NCBI GenBank assembly: GCA_030141605.1
Contig: JAQGDQ010000102.1
Coordinates: 310,961-374,960, forward strand
DNA length: 64,000 nucleotides
Reading direction: 5' to 3'
Source of the DNA: Tubiluchus corallicola
Taxonomy: Eukaryota > Animalia > Priapulida
Part shown: positions 26,003 to 38,968 of the stretch, piece after piece
How the letters are laid out: every line of letters starts with the position of its first letter
Position numbering within the stretch: position 1 is the stretch's first letter
The notes under the pieces: model-generated
Databases searched by the model: none
Told to the model about the DNA's origin: nothing
The model's input: only the letters and a program-made list of their open reading frames with translations
Translations under genes and position numbers: made by a program

Positions 26003-27463
26003 ACATTCAAAGCTACACGCGGCTCAGCGAATCTACTAAGATTGGCAACGGCGCTTTTTTGACACGTGCGGGTGGCCGACAAATAGAGTGGCACCGTGAT
26101 AACCATAATCATGAACTGCCGTTTAGTTTCTGACGTCATATGCAAACGTATTTGACGTGCAAGGGAAGATACCTGTTATTGCACAAACTGTGGTTAGTTT
26201 CTGACGTAAGCAATAGCTGTGTTCTGTTACCAATAATTAACTTTCTAAGCTAATTATTGAAATATAGAAAACAATGCTAACTTTTATCGGCAAGAAAACG
26301 TATATTTTGGACAGTAAATTAAAATGAAATTGAATGTAAACAATCATCAGGTTTTCCTTTCAGCTTTATTAAGAGCAAGGCCGGATTATGATCTTTTGGG
26401 GCCGTTAGGCACGGAGGTAACGAAATTATTGCCCCCCCCCCCTCAACGGGTGCCACAAACAAGTGCCACTTTTTTAAATTTGGTTTTCAGATCTGCTGTT
26501 TTAAAGTTGAAATTTTATTTCAAGTTAAATGAATTCGGTACTGCAAAATACTAAATTATTAGACTTGTCAAGATTTGCAGAAAACAAAACAACAGAACAT
26601 TGCTGCTTTGAATCCCGCAAATCTCAATAAGCCGTGGTATTACTGAAAAAGCAAAATAATGGAAAATCTAGAAACCTCAAACTGGAAGCTATGGACTGAG
26701 TTTTGGAAAACATGACTGGCATGGAATAAATGCTGAGAGAGTTTTAGCAACAACTGAAAATGCACTTTTTCAACAAAACATCCCTTAGGGGTTTGAGTTA
26801 AATTATTTTTTTTACTTTAAACTGTATTTATTTATAGTAAGCTATGCAAAATAGACTGCGTCTGTTACAAGTATATCCAAAAAAGATGTGTCTAGGTTTT
26901 GAAAGGTTGGGATTCTTCGTTGTAGGAGGCAAAACGTGAAAATTAGGGCAAATAGCTTTGCCACTTAAATCTTCTTACATTATTTGACCAGGAGTGGCTG
27001 CTTATGCATGTGTGGTGAGGCAAGTGTAGATGTGCAGTAAGTATTTATCGAAAAGTGAGCTTGGCTAAGTCACGTGATATGGGTAAAAATGTCTAAATGA
27101 GGTCTTGTCGATAACTCCCTAAATGTAACAACTAGAATCACAAAACTTGCAGTGCAGACAGATGAAATAGGTTATCAGAGATAGTATGGAAACAGTGACA
27201 AGACAAGGAAGATAGATGTGCATTAAGAATTTCTTAGAATGTAGGCGGTGCTAAGTTATGAGGCATGGGCAAAGGTGTTAAAACAAGAGTTTTGTCACTA
27301 ACTGGAAAAGTTATCAAGCTGAAACACTACAAGGACATTAAACATTAGTTTAAGGTCAAAAACGGTCTTCATTAGTTTGTATCGCCACCTAGTTTTTCAC
27401 CTAGAGCGAAAGTTTTCGGTTCTGTGGCTAGGTGGTGTCGAGTGCTTGCTACATGGCTAAGTA

Positions 27464-28054
27464 TGGGTCATTTAGATATGGAAAAAATGTTAGGGGCCCA
27501 AAACCCGAAAACGAGTCGGACATTCTTCTATTATTTTTTATGTCAGTAATTTGCAGAGGTTAATTTGCAACAATTACAACAACAGCAACAATTACCACAA
27601 CAGCAAAATATAAATCCCAGAAACAGACAATACAGACAACGACCGACCAGACCCAACTATTGCGTGTACAATTTCTTCAACTGAACCACTTCTGCTTCCG
27701 AACACCAAAGCCCTTGTAACGAAACCAACCGGCCCTTTTCAGGGCCACAAAATTTATCCAAAAGAAAATTCTGATTTTGCAATTATTATTACTATTATTA
27801 GTATTATCATTAATATTATTATTATTATTATTATTTTGCAAATTCAACAACTTTCCCCTAATTATTAAAATTTAATTAACACCAAAGCCCTTGTAATATA
27901 ACCAACCGACCCTTTTCAGGGCCACAAAATTTATCCGAAAGAAAATTCTGATTTTGGGTCATTTAGATATGGAAAAAATGTTAGGGGCCCAAAACCCGAA
28001 AACGAGTCGGACATTCTTCTATTATTTTTTATGTCAGTAATTTGCAGAGGTTAA
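27464..28054. repeat. Local A-x-B-y-B-A duplication
   Basis: A (~99 bp, TGGGTCATTTAGATATGG...GCAGAGGTTAA) lies at 27464-27563 and 27956-28054. B (~79 bp, AACACCAAAGCCCTTG...CTGATTTTG) lies at 27701-27779 and 27878-27957. Confidence 0.92.
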
Positions 28055-29534
28055 ACTGTAAAGTTCTGCATTATTGATTTTACAGTACCCTTCTACTCAC
28101 TTGGCCAACATGCTCATTTTATGCCTAGAATAGTCTAATGAAGTTACAGATTAGAAAATTAAAAATTTTAAAAAATCTTTAAATACTTTTAAGATGTATA
28201 AAAAATTTCAAGTTTAACATTGTTAGGTTTACAAATCAGTTCGGGAACACTTGCATGAAGTTCTGATTGCAATAATGAAAGCCCATCCTTTCAGAACCTG
28301 TCAGATGAGACAGAGGGACGGGTTTTGCGCTATCCTTTCAAACAGTAGTCCTTTGACTGTCCCCACCCTAACCATGCTAGAAGTTACAGGAGAACTACAA
28401 CAAGAACTTGCAAAATTTTATATCATAAGGATGAAATTTTCTGGCAAGTTCCTGGTAAAATTGTCTAACAATCATTCAGAACAGAGATGATCAAGACAAT
28501 GATGCGAAAGTAACTGTTCAGGCAAGATACACACTTAAGTTACCATGTGAAACACAACCTGACCTTAATATCTAGGATATAAATGTGGATTTTTGTATTC
28601 CAGTTAGACAGTCGATTTTACAATATTCATTTCCATACAACTATAGCTAGCAGCATTAAAATTCCCAAGCAGTATTTTAGCAAAACTGTTGAAGCGCCGA
28701 TGTCGACTATAGTTAATAGTGTCATTCAGAGTTATATTGTGAGTTGAGCGATGTTTCTTGTGGGAAAAATGGACGACTTCATTAGGCGAAAATTTGAGTC
28801 ACGCAATTTAATACGTTATGCGGAGTTTAATGTAAAATACCAGTTAACACATGGTTAACATAATTGCATTGACGATATTTAGTGAGTTTTATTTGTATTG
28901 ACAGTCCAAACTCTTGACCACTGCTATTACCAGTTTTGCTACAATCAGCATCAAAGAAGAGCAGTATGACACCTCCATAGGATCAAACGCTCCATAGGAT
29001 CAAAAACCCTGCTACCACTGGAGAAGCATGACAGAAGGTCCTGGTACAAAAACCTAGTTTAGTTCTCATCATAATGTTTCTTGTATCAATTTTTCCTAAT
29101 CAATACGAAAGACAAGACTAACCCTATAAGAGCTAATCCTCCCAGCAGCTAACAGTCATGATAATCAATGTCCTTGGGTTTGATGATTGACTTGACTGAA
29201 TGTATGTAAAAATCAATTGGTAAAACACACACATAGACCTACAACTGTAATTTCACAACACCTAAACAGTGCACATCGCAGAGCAACTATGGTTACGTCA
29301 GACTCGGCAAATCATCTACAGAGCCTGTTTAATGTAGATGATGGTGGCAGTACAGAAATCCAACTTCAATTCAATGTTGTTAAATGGCATACTTTACATA
29401 CAGGTTAAGTTATTAGTGCATAAAGCAAAATCAAAGTTTGACAACACGGATGTCATGCCTGATATAGGAATGAATAGGAATGCTTTGGAAGTTTCTCTGA
29501 CATAAGGGTTATCTTGTTGAAGTATTTGCTAATG

Positions 29535-31004
29535 CAGGGACCTCTATAACAAAATGGACGTGACACATGCTGCGTCACGTAACTATTGTTCTACGATCTG
29601 AGGGCCAGGAAACTGTTAGTAAGGCATTTCTAGACAGTAATTACTTGAACTCTAGTGACCAACGTTATACAAGCATTAAATGTGACTGAGAACTTAAATA
29701 GGTTAAAATAATTCTCTATATTGTGTAAAGATGCTAATGGCACAGATGGATTTTTGTGTATTATGCTAGAAAAAGAGGGACTTTGAGTATTTGTTAACTG
29801 GTAACTTGCAGAGTGAACCCATAGAGGGACGCTTTGGCTGGTATAGGCAGATGGCTGGCGGAAATTATTTTATATCTGTTCGGCAGCTTTTGCAGTCTGA
29901 AAAGAGCATTCAGAGCATTAACAGCATCTGAGTGTCCGAGGTAATTATTATTTAATTTAAGCTTTGATTCAAAAAACCCTATTGTAGTTTTCAATATTTT
30001 TGTTTTTTTGTGTGTTTTGGTTTTTTTTGGTTTGGTTTTTTTTATCTTCACTTGTAAAAATTTAAATGATTGAAAAATATCTGAGATATCAAAACGATTC
30101 AGTGCTTGTGACACATTGTCAATGATAACTGTGGAAATGTCATACTTTCAGATATCATAAAAGACTTTAAAGTAGACATCGACCTCAATGAAGATTTTTG
30201 TGGATTCATATATTTTGTAAGTGGTTATGCTGCTAAAGTTGCAGCAAGTGACTTGAAATGTAATGACTGCATTAGTTTTATTAAGACCCAACAACCTCTA
30301 CATGATGAGGATCTATTTGACCTAACTACAGTTCCTGTTATAGATGCCCTTTTTTCCTCTGCAGATAGAGGTGGTTTGTGCCGCCCAACAGAATTTTCAT
30401 TTGTTGCCTGTTATTATGCATGGTGCTATGTACAATTTTTTCTAAAGCAGGAAAGTTTTAAAACATTTTTGTCAGCTGACTGTTCCCATCTGCAGGTGCT
30501 GTCTACTGTCATTCTTGAAAAGCTCGAGTCAGAATATGTGGATATTAGTAGCAGTGCCTGCAAAAGTACACATTTATGCAGAAACCTTTTGCGTAGATTT
30601 AATTCTCATTTTTGTCAAAACAATTTTTAAAAATATAACAAATGTTCAAAATGACATTATTCATGTCAAGAAACTGTGTATTACCAGAAAACAACAAAAC
30701 CTTACCATACTGTAAAAAAGTTCAATCTGAGAAAATTTAATCAGAATTGTGTTTCTCAAGAATGACAGTAGACAATGCATGTAGATGGGAATATTGGGTC
30801 TTGAAAATTTAACTTGAATAAATGATTAACTGGATAGAAATTTGTAATTTTCTCTGTTTATTATGTGTGCACAAATGCGAAAATTTATGACTTAAACAAG
30901 TAAGACAAACTATGTTCTTCATCATTTATCTCATAATATGCGATGGCCTGAGTGCGTAGACACAAAATTTATGTGTCACGTCCATTTAGTTATAGAGATC
31001 CTTG
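29535..31004 (+). mobile_element. Internally deleted P-element/THAP9-type DNA transposon
   Basis: 34-bp TIRs: CAGGGACCTCTATAACAAAATGGACGTGACACAT on the left and the reverse complement CAAGGATCTCTATAACTAAATGGACGTGACACAT on the right (3 mismatches). It contains transposase C-terminal motifs. No TSD is recognisable. Confidence 0.8.
29700..30714 (+). pseudogene. P-element transposase C-terminal remnant
   Basis: DFEYLLTGNLQSEPIEGRFGWYRQMAGGNYFISVRQLLQSEK from 29779 is the catalytic-E region. IYFVSGYAAK...KCNDC...DRGGLCRPT lies at 30208-30390. It is interrupted by stops, frameshifts and an insertion at 29918-30043. Confidence 0.8.
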
Positions 31005-31599
31005 GGTAAATCCTTCATTTAGAGTTACTAATGGATATTTAACTGTTTGTAGCGTGTGTAAAGAAATACCTTAGCTCGTACTAATTTTAATACACACATT
31101 TGGGAGTACAAATGTCAAATCGTCTTAACGTATTGGGGTTTGAGAGCATTGTTTGGGGGCGTAGCTTCATTTAAAGGAAAAGCATCTCCATGCAGGCCTA
31201 TTGTAAAAGAATGTTGCACAGAACTGTGTAAATAACATGACAAATAAAGAAAAGATGAAAAGGCAACATGCTTGTTTAAAGGAAAGCAGGATGACTTTTT
31301 AATATCCTACTCCACTTTGAACAGGATGCGAGACAATGACGTCTCCTAGCTTGACATAACAAGCGAAGTGATGCTGTCCCATAGCAACACTATCAGAGAT
31401 GTATTCACACTTCAAAGCGACTGGAAGTGATAAAACTCTGTACCTCACTTCGACTTCGATATAGATTTCTTATATTTAAAAGACGGTTGACATGACTATC
31501 GCCATTTGATAGTGACTGCAATTGACTCGTGTTTTGGATAAGTTGTATGCAAGTAGTGACTAAAAAGCTTATTTAAATCTTGTTTTATTCATTAAAACC

Positions 31600-31790
31600 T
31601 TATTTCTGGTGCGAAAGATGCTCAAGCATGATGGAGTCTGCAAAAATTATATTGTTCATTTTTCACTTTACTAATTGGGGCTAGCAGAAACAAACCAATG
31701 TCAATGTGGAGCAGGAGTGCAGACGCGAGCTCATCTTATATTTGGATGTGGAGTGGTGCACAAAGCACTTAGGGAAACCGTATACCAGAT
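31600..31790 (+). mobile_element. Non-LTR retrotransposon C-terminal zinc-knuckle remnant
   Basis: 31696-31749 reads QCQCGAGVQTRAHLIFGC, matching the CxCG...QTxxHL..C motif of I/Nimb/Ingi-type ORF2. Confidence 0.45.
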
Positions 31791-32745
31791 GGTGTCGTGA
31801 ATGAAGCTGAAAGTCATCATAGCCAAGACATTAATATGCATAAAGTAAAAACTTCTTCAAATAGTAATAGTAACGGTTTATATAAATACCTATTCTCAGA
31901 GATATCTATATGTAAAATGACATTATCTTATGTGGCATATTCTTAATAGTTTTGAAACATTAATTGAAACATTACTAATAAATTTGTAAATGCAAATAAG
32001 TTATAATATGATGTCATAATAGTAATCAAGTACTATGCAAAAACGCATATAAAACTACCTCCCTACAAATACAATAAAATATTGTATATATGTATTTTCA
32101 TATAATAAAAAGAGTTATAATAATAATAATAACTAACTAACTAGCCAAACCCCGCAAAAGAATTTTGCGCATACACTCACAACAACAACCCACACCACCC
32201 TACTCACAAAACACCACCCACACCACATCACACCAACCCACCATTCCACTCACAACACACGACCCACGCCATACCACTGCACACCTCACCATCCACATCC
32301 TACCACCCCACCACATTATCCACAAAACACCACCCAGACCAATCTACACCACACCATCCACAGCACAACACCCACAGCAGACCAATTCTCAGCACACACA
32401 CCACTTCATACGTGGTGATCATGATGTTGAAGACGATAATGACGACACTTACAACACCAACACCATCAGTACAGCATCACAGGAAAACCATTCAAAATGT
32501 TTTGCACAAAATCGAAACTGTGTGCTATGGCAAATGCTCTTAAACCCATCTACAGATGATCAATAATGCACGGACATTAAACATAGTTTTGTTTTGCTGC
32601 TTCTCAGATGATAATAAGCTAACAGAACTTATTTATTTGTAAAATCTGTAAGACTGTAGAATGACGAGTGGAGACAAAGCTTCGAACAGCCGCGAGATTT
32701 TTCAAACTCAAAGACAATGGATGTTCCAAATAACGTGCAGCACAG

Positions 32746-35700
32746 CAGGGGCGGAACTAGGAGGGGGTGCGCTCCCCCCCCCCCCCTGTCAAAATTTGCG
32801 CCCCCGCTGCCAAATCGGACAAATAATTTTTTTCAATATGAATTAGAATTAGGTAAAAAAATGTTTGGTAGCTTCAGTGTGCACGCAGACAAAACTCAGT
32901 GTGCATAGAGGTGCCTGTCACAGTGGAGGCCTACAGGGACCACACACAGTCACAGGCTCTACACACAGGCCAACAGGTCTGTGGGCACAGCTATAGGATG
33001 CTGGTGTAGCAGCGGTACTATGCTGAAATTTGAGAGTGCCTCTGTGCGTATAGGTACCATGGTGTAGCTTTTACGGTACAGCACGCCAAAACAAATTTGC
33101 TAAGCACACTATAGTAATAATTTCATTTCATTGTTTCATATAATTTCATTGTAGTACTGTATTTGTGTAATTCGGGCTACTTGGCCAAATGTATATCAAC
33201 GTGCCTTTACAGAACGTGGACTTTACATGGTTTGTGGTTTGTAGTAGAATAAAAATTAATCAAAATTGTTTCAGAAATCTGCGCAATATGTCTGGGAATA
33301 GGGAAGACGACAAAGTTGTACCACCTAGAAAACGGCAGAAAACTTTAGACTTTTTTATCCAAGGAAGTAAACAGGAATGAGCATGTAAAGATGCAACTGC
33401 AGAAGTCCAAAAAGATAATCCTGCCTCTGCCAGTGGAAAGGATCAATCAGTTTCAAAAGTTACAGAAGACGAGAAACAACCGGAGTCTTCTACTCAGAAC
33501 ATGAACACAAGAGCAAATGACTTAGGGCCTGTATCTGAGCAACCACGACAACCACATATGACGAAATATCCGAAAACTGGCCAAGGAAAGAATGCTCATT
33601 CTTTTCAGTATGGTTGGTTCGGGAAACACTCATGGCTCGAGTAGTCGAAGCAGACAGACGCAGCATTTTGATTTGCATGCAGGCATTTTGGTAAACAAAG
33701 ACTACTTGGACTGAAGTCGGATTTAAAAAATGGAAAGATGCAATGCATGATATGCAAAAGCACGAAGAGACGGAATCACACAAGGACAGCATATCAATGT
33801 GGGCCCTCTTCAAAAGCAGTAGCAGAACAGGTGACGTTCAAAAACGGATGGAACTTGCATACGCAAAAAAAGAGGAAAAAAGACAGTACGTACGCAGAAT
33901 TATAGCTACTGTAGAACTGTGCGCAAAACAGTGTCTTCCCCTGCGTGGTCACATCGAAACGGAAGTCAGTTCGGCCAAAGGAAATTTCCTTGAACTGCTC
34001 GCATATCTGAAAAAGTTTTATCCATTTCTGCAAACTTACACTCCACCAAAGAATGCCACGTATGCGAGTGGGAAAATTCAAAAAGAGGTCTTAGATATCA
34101 TGTCTCATGAAATTCTGTCAGAAGTGGTTCAAAGAGTGAAGAAGTCGGGGTGTTATGCAATCATGGAAGCAAGAGATGAAGCAAGAGATGGAAGGAGAGA
34201 ATTGCTAGCACTGTGTGCGAGATTTCTCAATGTTGACAATGGTAATGTAGAGGAACGCTTCGTAGGTTTTGACAGGTTGGAAGCATTTGATGCCAATTCA
34301 ATCACGCAGCATATCATGAAGTGCCTTGAAAAATGAAGATTGACGTGGCTGCGTGTGTGACACAGAGCTATGATGGCGCTAGTGTGATGAGTGGCACTGA
34401 CGGCGGCGTTCAAGCCAAATTCAGAGAAACTAATGAGGCTGCGGTGTATGTCCACTGTTACGGACATCAGCTCAACTTGGTCATCAGACACACGTGCGAA
34501 TGTGTTCCGGAGGTCAATGACTTCTTCAGTACAATGGAAAATGTATACACATTCTTCGAAAAGTCACTAGTCTGCCACGGAATGTTGGAAGAAGTTAAAA
34601 GAGAACTGGCATTGTCAGGCATCGGCGAATTAACACAGATATCAGAAACAAAGTGGGCGTGTCAAATCAGAGCATGCAAAGCAATGAAGAAGAACTACAA
34701 GGCGGTAGTTCAATGCTGGAAGGAATTGATGAGCCCGTTGCAGTTGGGTTGCTACAAAAACTGACCCGAAAAAGTTTGTGTATTGTTTGTTTCTTTTTGA
34801 GATGCTACTCGGTACATGTGAAATGTTGCACAAATTCCTCCAAAAAACGGACATCGATTTACTTCAGGCTGAAACGTACAAAAATGACGTGTGCGAGGAG
34901 TTGAGATCATTGCGTGACGTTGACAAATCAAATGAACTGGTGGCCAATGTCGTTTTTCAGTCGAAGCTTTTGTCAGTGACCTTGATGTCGAACTAACCAC
35001 TGATCGCAAATGGCAGAATAAACCGAGGAGTGGCTTACACGATTTTTTTGTCACTGCAAACATTGGATTTGCAAATAGCGTCTTGGGTGATAATGCATAC
35101 CTTCATCGAAACATCATGCTGCCATGTGTCGATAGAATCGTAGCAGAAATCGACGCGCAATTTTGTTCACTTGATCCTGAAATTCTCCGTGGAGTATCAG
35201 CACTTCACCCAACATCTGAAAATTTCTTGAGTATTGAGGATCTGACTAGTTTTGCTGAACACTGACATGACAGGAACATGACACAAAACAGAGATTGTGA
35301 TGGCCAAAAGAGTACTTGGTCGAGTTGAGGAACACACAATATTATCCCTTTGGAAGGCGCTCGACTGGTGATTTGTTTCCCATTCTAAAACGTGTTTTTC
35401 AGATTGGAGTCACTATTCCAGTCACTAGCTGCTCATGTGAACGGTGTTTCAGTGTTTTGCGAAGGCTGCATTCGTGGCTCCGTCGAACAATGAGGGAGGA
35501 ACGGTTAAATCATTTGGCAGTCATTCACATGGAGCGAGATGAGTGTGTCGGAAAACAAAGTCATCGACACGTTTTTAGCAAAAGAGCTGCGACGTTAAAA
35601 TTATGACACTTGTTGTCGTAACAAAGCTGGTGTGACTTTTTGAATGACGTATCATTCCACATTTCATTTTGACATTATTTCCTGCGTATTATTTTCTTAA

Positions 35701-35956
35701 AACTTGTGTGTGATAAATTTCTGTAAATAACAATTTAGTTAGAGGCACATTAATAACGTTAGGTTAACTGAGAGTTAATTTTCTCATTATTGCACTGTCC
35801 GCTATGCCGTCCTACACACATGCAAATTATAGGCCTGCATGCAGTATAAAAGGGGTTAAAAATTAGCTTAACCATTATTTAACCACTTCGGATACCTCGC
35901 CCATCCCAAAAAATTTTTGCGCCCCCCCCTGCTTGCCACATCTAGTTCCGCCCATG
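32746..35956 (+). mobile_element. Full-length hAT DNA transposon (Tip100/ZMYM1-like clade)
   Basis: 15-bp TIRs CAGGGGCGGAACTAG and CTAGTTCCGCCCATG (1 mismatch). A perfect 8-bp TSD CAGCACAG lies at 32738-45 and 35957-64. Confidence 0.95.
33288..35606 (+). pseudogene. hAT transposase (TTF zinc finger, DUF4371-like domain, hAT dimerisation domain), inactivated
   Basis: Motifs SFQYGWFGKHSWLE*S..DAAF*FAC, LPLRGH..GNFLELL, QSYDGASVMSG..GVQ, YVHCYGHQLNL, SETKW and IPVTSCSCERCFSVLRRL..LRRTMREERLNHLA are spread over several frames with stops. Confidence 0.92.
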
Positions 35957-37069
35957 CAGCACAGGGGGGTTGAAAAAGAACTTCGAAATACACCCCTCCC
36001 GTTTCATCCATTATACATATCTCCTAGGAAAATCATCAGCACTTTGTAGACTGTTTCATCCTCTTTCTGTGAGTGTGTTCATTTTTCCCAGCATGCCCAA
36101 ACGGTTGCACAAATTGAGTTTTTCTAGAGGCTGTTTGAGCAGTTTTCTGCAAGATTTGCGTGGTTGCGTCCGAGAAAATGCTTGTAGCGGGTATTAGTGA
36201 GTGGCCCTTCCGCGAAATGTAAATATAACTATAATTACTAGTATTTTGTACATATATGTATATATATACCGCCGATTAATATATAGATGCCATTGCCAAA
36301 TATTATACCACCAACAAATGTTTATCGAAACAAAATTACTCTTGATATATAAAGGAATTGATTGTTAGTGACCTATATATAATTATTAACTTGCTTTTCA
36401 TTTAACCCATTATTTTACACATTTAAACAATGCGCGGTGCGAAATTGGAACTTTTATCCCCACTTCGGAATTAGACTTCAAGCGAGTCAGTGTGTTTTTC
36501 TTCTTCGCAAAACATCTTCTTCAACCAATATGCTTCGCTTCGTCGTAAGTAATCATTGTATTTTTTTCAAAGCTTCTCCATTAGGCTCCATGTGAGCGTT
36601 TAGTATTATTATTCACACCAGTTTTTATTTTGTTGCAAGCAAATTTTATTGCAATTGTAAATTTTATCCTGATTCACCGATCAGTTGTCTGTGATGTTTT
36701 TCCAAGTATTTTGCTTAATAATATATAGATAAAATGTTTTTATTACATTAAATTTTTTAGCTCTTAAATTATTTTCTTGAAACTTTTATGAACAACTATA
36801 AGTATTTTTATAATCGCTTTAGATTTTCGTCAGTGTATGTGTGGTGGTAGTGCGGCGAGGGAAAATTAAATAAGCGTGGAGTTTGCGAAGGTAATATAAA
36901 GATTTTAGCAAACACTATGCCTACGCATTAACATTTATTATCAAAGAGAAAATATCTAAAATGATGATCTAAAACATACAAAATTCAAGTCTAAAGTTTT
37001 ATGAATAACACGTTGGGATTAAAATGAATGTAAGTGAAAAATAATAATTTTTTACGTTGTTTGAAAAAT

Positions 37070-37410
37070 CTTTACAGAAATTCGAGGGATTAAACATCAA
37101 CAAACCCGCAGAACATCCAAGATACAGACTCCACAACGTAAACAGACAGGAAAACCAACAACAAGAACAGGAGTTACAACAACAGCAAGCACTACAATAT
37201 GCAGAACCACAGTGGCAACAAACAACTCAATTTATGGCATATATGCAAACACAAATAGACAGAATTTCAAACATGCAACAACAACAACACCACCAGCAAC
37301 TTTTACATCAGCAGCAACAACAACATCAGTAACAACTTCATCAACAACATCATCAGAACAACAGACAAGACATACCTTTCAGAAACAAAATCAGATGACA
37401 CATCAATGAC
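37070..37410 (+). other. Gln-rich low-complexity coding-like fragment, possibly a retroelement gag remnant
   Basis: QQQEQELQQQQALQYAEPQWQQTTQFMAYMQTQIDRISNMQQQQHHQ.. has an in-frame stop and no clear start. Confidence 0.3.
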
Positions 37411-38879
37411 ACAGAAATAACGCACGGTTTCTGTGTGACCGTGGTAGGACGTTGGTATAGCTTGTGATTTTCCAACGTCTTACGAGCAAAACCGAAGAAA
37501 ATGTTTTGGGGGGGATGCAACTTTGAGGCCCGATTCCATTAGGAAGAAAGCCGTGAAATTTAATAAAATTAGTGTCAAATTTTAAGCTACGGTTAGCTCT
37601 TTTAATTAAAGGAAACTTATTTTTGACCTTTGGGGGTTACCAGTTTAAATAATAAGCATGCAGTAATTTAGGAAACGCAGTGGTCTTCACAGAAACTGTA
37701 AAAAGACAAAACAGGACTACACTGTACTCACACAATCATATAATTTACCACATTAATAAAACAAAAAAGAAATTGCAAAGGATTCGCGGCTGGGGACTCG
37801 TACTGAACTCTAGTCACAAAATTCCGACTCAAGTCGAAAGACATGGATTTGACTGCTATGGGTAATAACGGTTATTACTACATAGGTTTAGGCTGTTAAC
37901 CCCAGGAAGTTCATGTGTTTCCTTGTCATTATAAAACTGTAAGATCCATAATTTAAAAATTATGCAGTGCTTGTATGCGTCTCTTGAAGAAGTACACGTT
38001 CCGAACAAGTGCAGAGTTTTACTGTTAGGAGAAAAAATAGAAAAGCGAGCAAAACCTCAAACTTTAATGATCAAATACAGAACTGACAATGGACAAGCCT
38101 GTGGTAATGCATAATGCAGGTACAACTGCTAATGCTCCAAACTGAATAAAGATCTTAAGTATATCTGGTAACATAACCAGCGAAGACAGAGTGCAAAGAA
38201 AAAATACCCTGTGGAGAAATAGTGGCATTTCAAAACTAAAGATCGGTAACTGGAGTGGGCTTATAGAATGCGGTTCCTCTGAGCTAACGATACCCGACAA
38301 GGCAGTTTCTTAGAGAGACATCCCCACATACAGAATATGAGGGGGCTTATATCCAAATTTTAACACTTAAGATGACAAAATGATATTGCCGCTTAATTCA
38401 CACTTAAAATGAAAGCAGAATTACCAATTTGAAAACTAGTTCTGACTGAAGCTACGTGTCATTATTGAAATTTGTTACAATTACACAAAGCTTCTGCCAA
38501 TAACTTTACTTATTTGTTTTATTCGCGTTTTACTTTTAAAGTAATTAAGCCTGTACATGTATATATGTCAGAAAATTAATTCAACATGTAGGAAATAAAG
38601 TTGAAATGTAAAAGTTTGGTCAAATACAAAATTAACATTTTAACTACCCATGCTTGTTTCTTTCAACCAGAAACGAGAAAAACAATGAGGTTTGGCAAAC
38701 AGCGCACACTCATTCATTATGACGCCAATCGGTTTTCAGTCCAGACATAGTAGTTCGTCCGACATAATTGTCAGAACAGACTTATATAGATAGATGAAAT
38801 CAAAATGCCAGTCATGTTCTAACTTTTGTGTCGGACGTACCATGCTGAGCAGAGTGTCATCGCTGTATATTGGATGTGC

Positions 38880-38968
38880 ACTGCATAATCACTACATAGT
38901 GGTTAATCACTGCATAATCACTGTATGGTGGTTATACTCTGCTTAATCACTACATAGTGGTTATACAT
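38880..38968. repeat. ~29-bp tandem repeat, 3 copies
   Basis: CTGCATAATCACTACATAGTGGTTA is repeated with variants. Confidence 0.8.

Larger units (their letters stand above)
32141..36287 (-). mobile_element. Diverged non-autonomous Helitron containing a nested hAT transposon
   Basis: The 3' end is CTAG at 32141-44 with hairpin CGCAAAA-GAA-TTTTGCG (32153-69). The 5' end is A|TCTATATATTAAT at 36287 with an adjacent (TA)n. 36115-36225 is homologous to the family core (AGGCTGTTTG...GTCCG.GAAAA.GC...TGGCCCT...TAAATAT). Confidence 0.65.

Noticed and set aside
25920-30000. The 83-bp inverted pair as TIRs of a 4-kb transposon or as inversion breakpoints
   Set aside because: There is no TSD, and the P transposase reads co-linearly on both sides of the right-hand copy, so that copy is an insertion.
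29794-30114. Minus-strand 106-aa ORF
   Set aside because: It is a chance read-through of antisense P transposase plus the inserted segment.
32165-32566. His/Thr/Pro-rich 133-aa ORF
   Set aside because: It is CA-rich low-complexity DNA inside a Helitron and has a non-ATG start.
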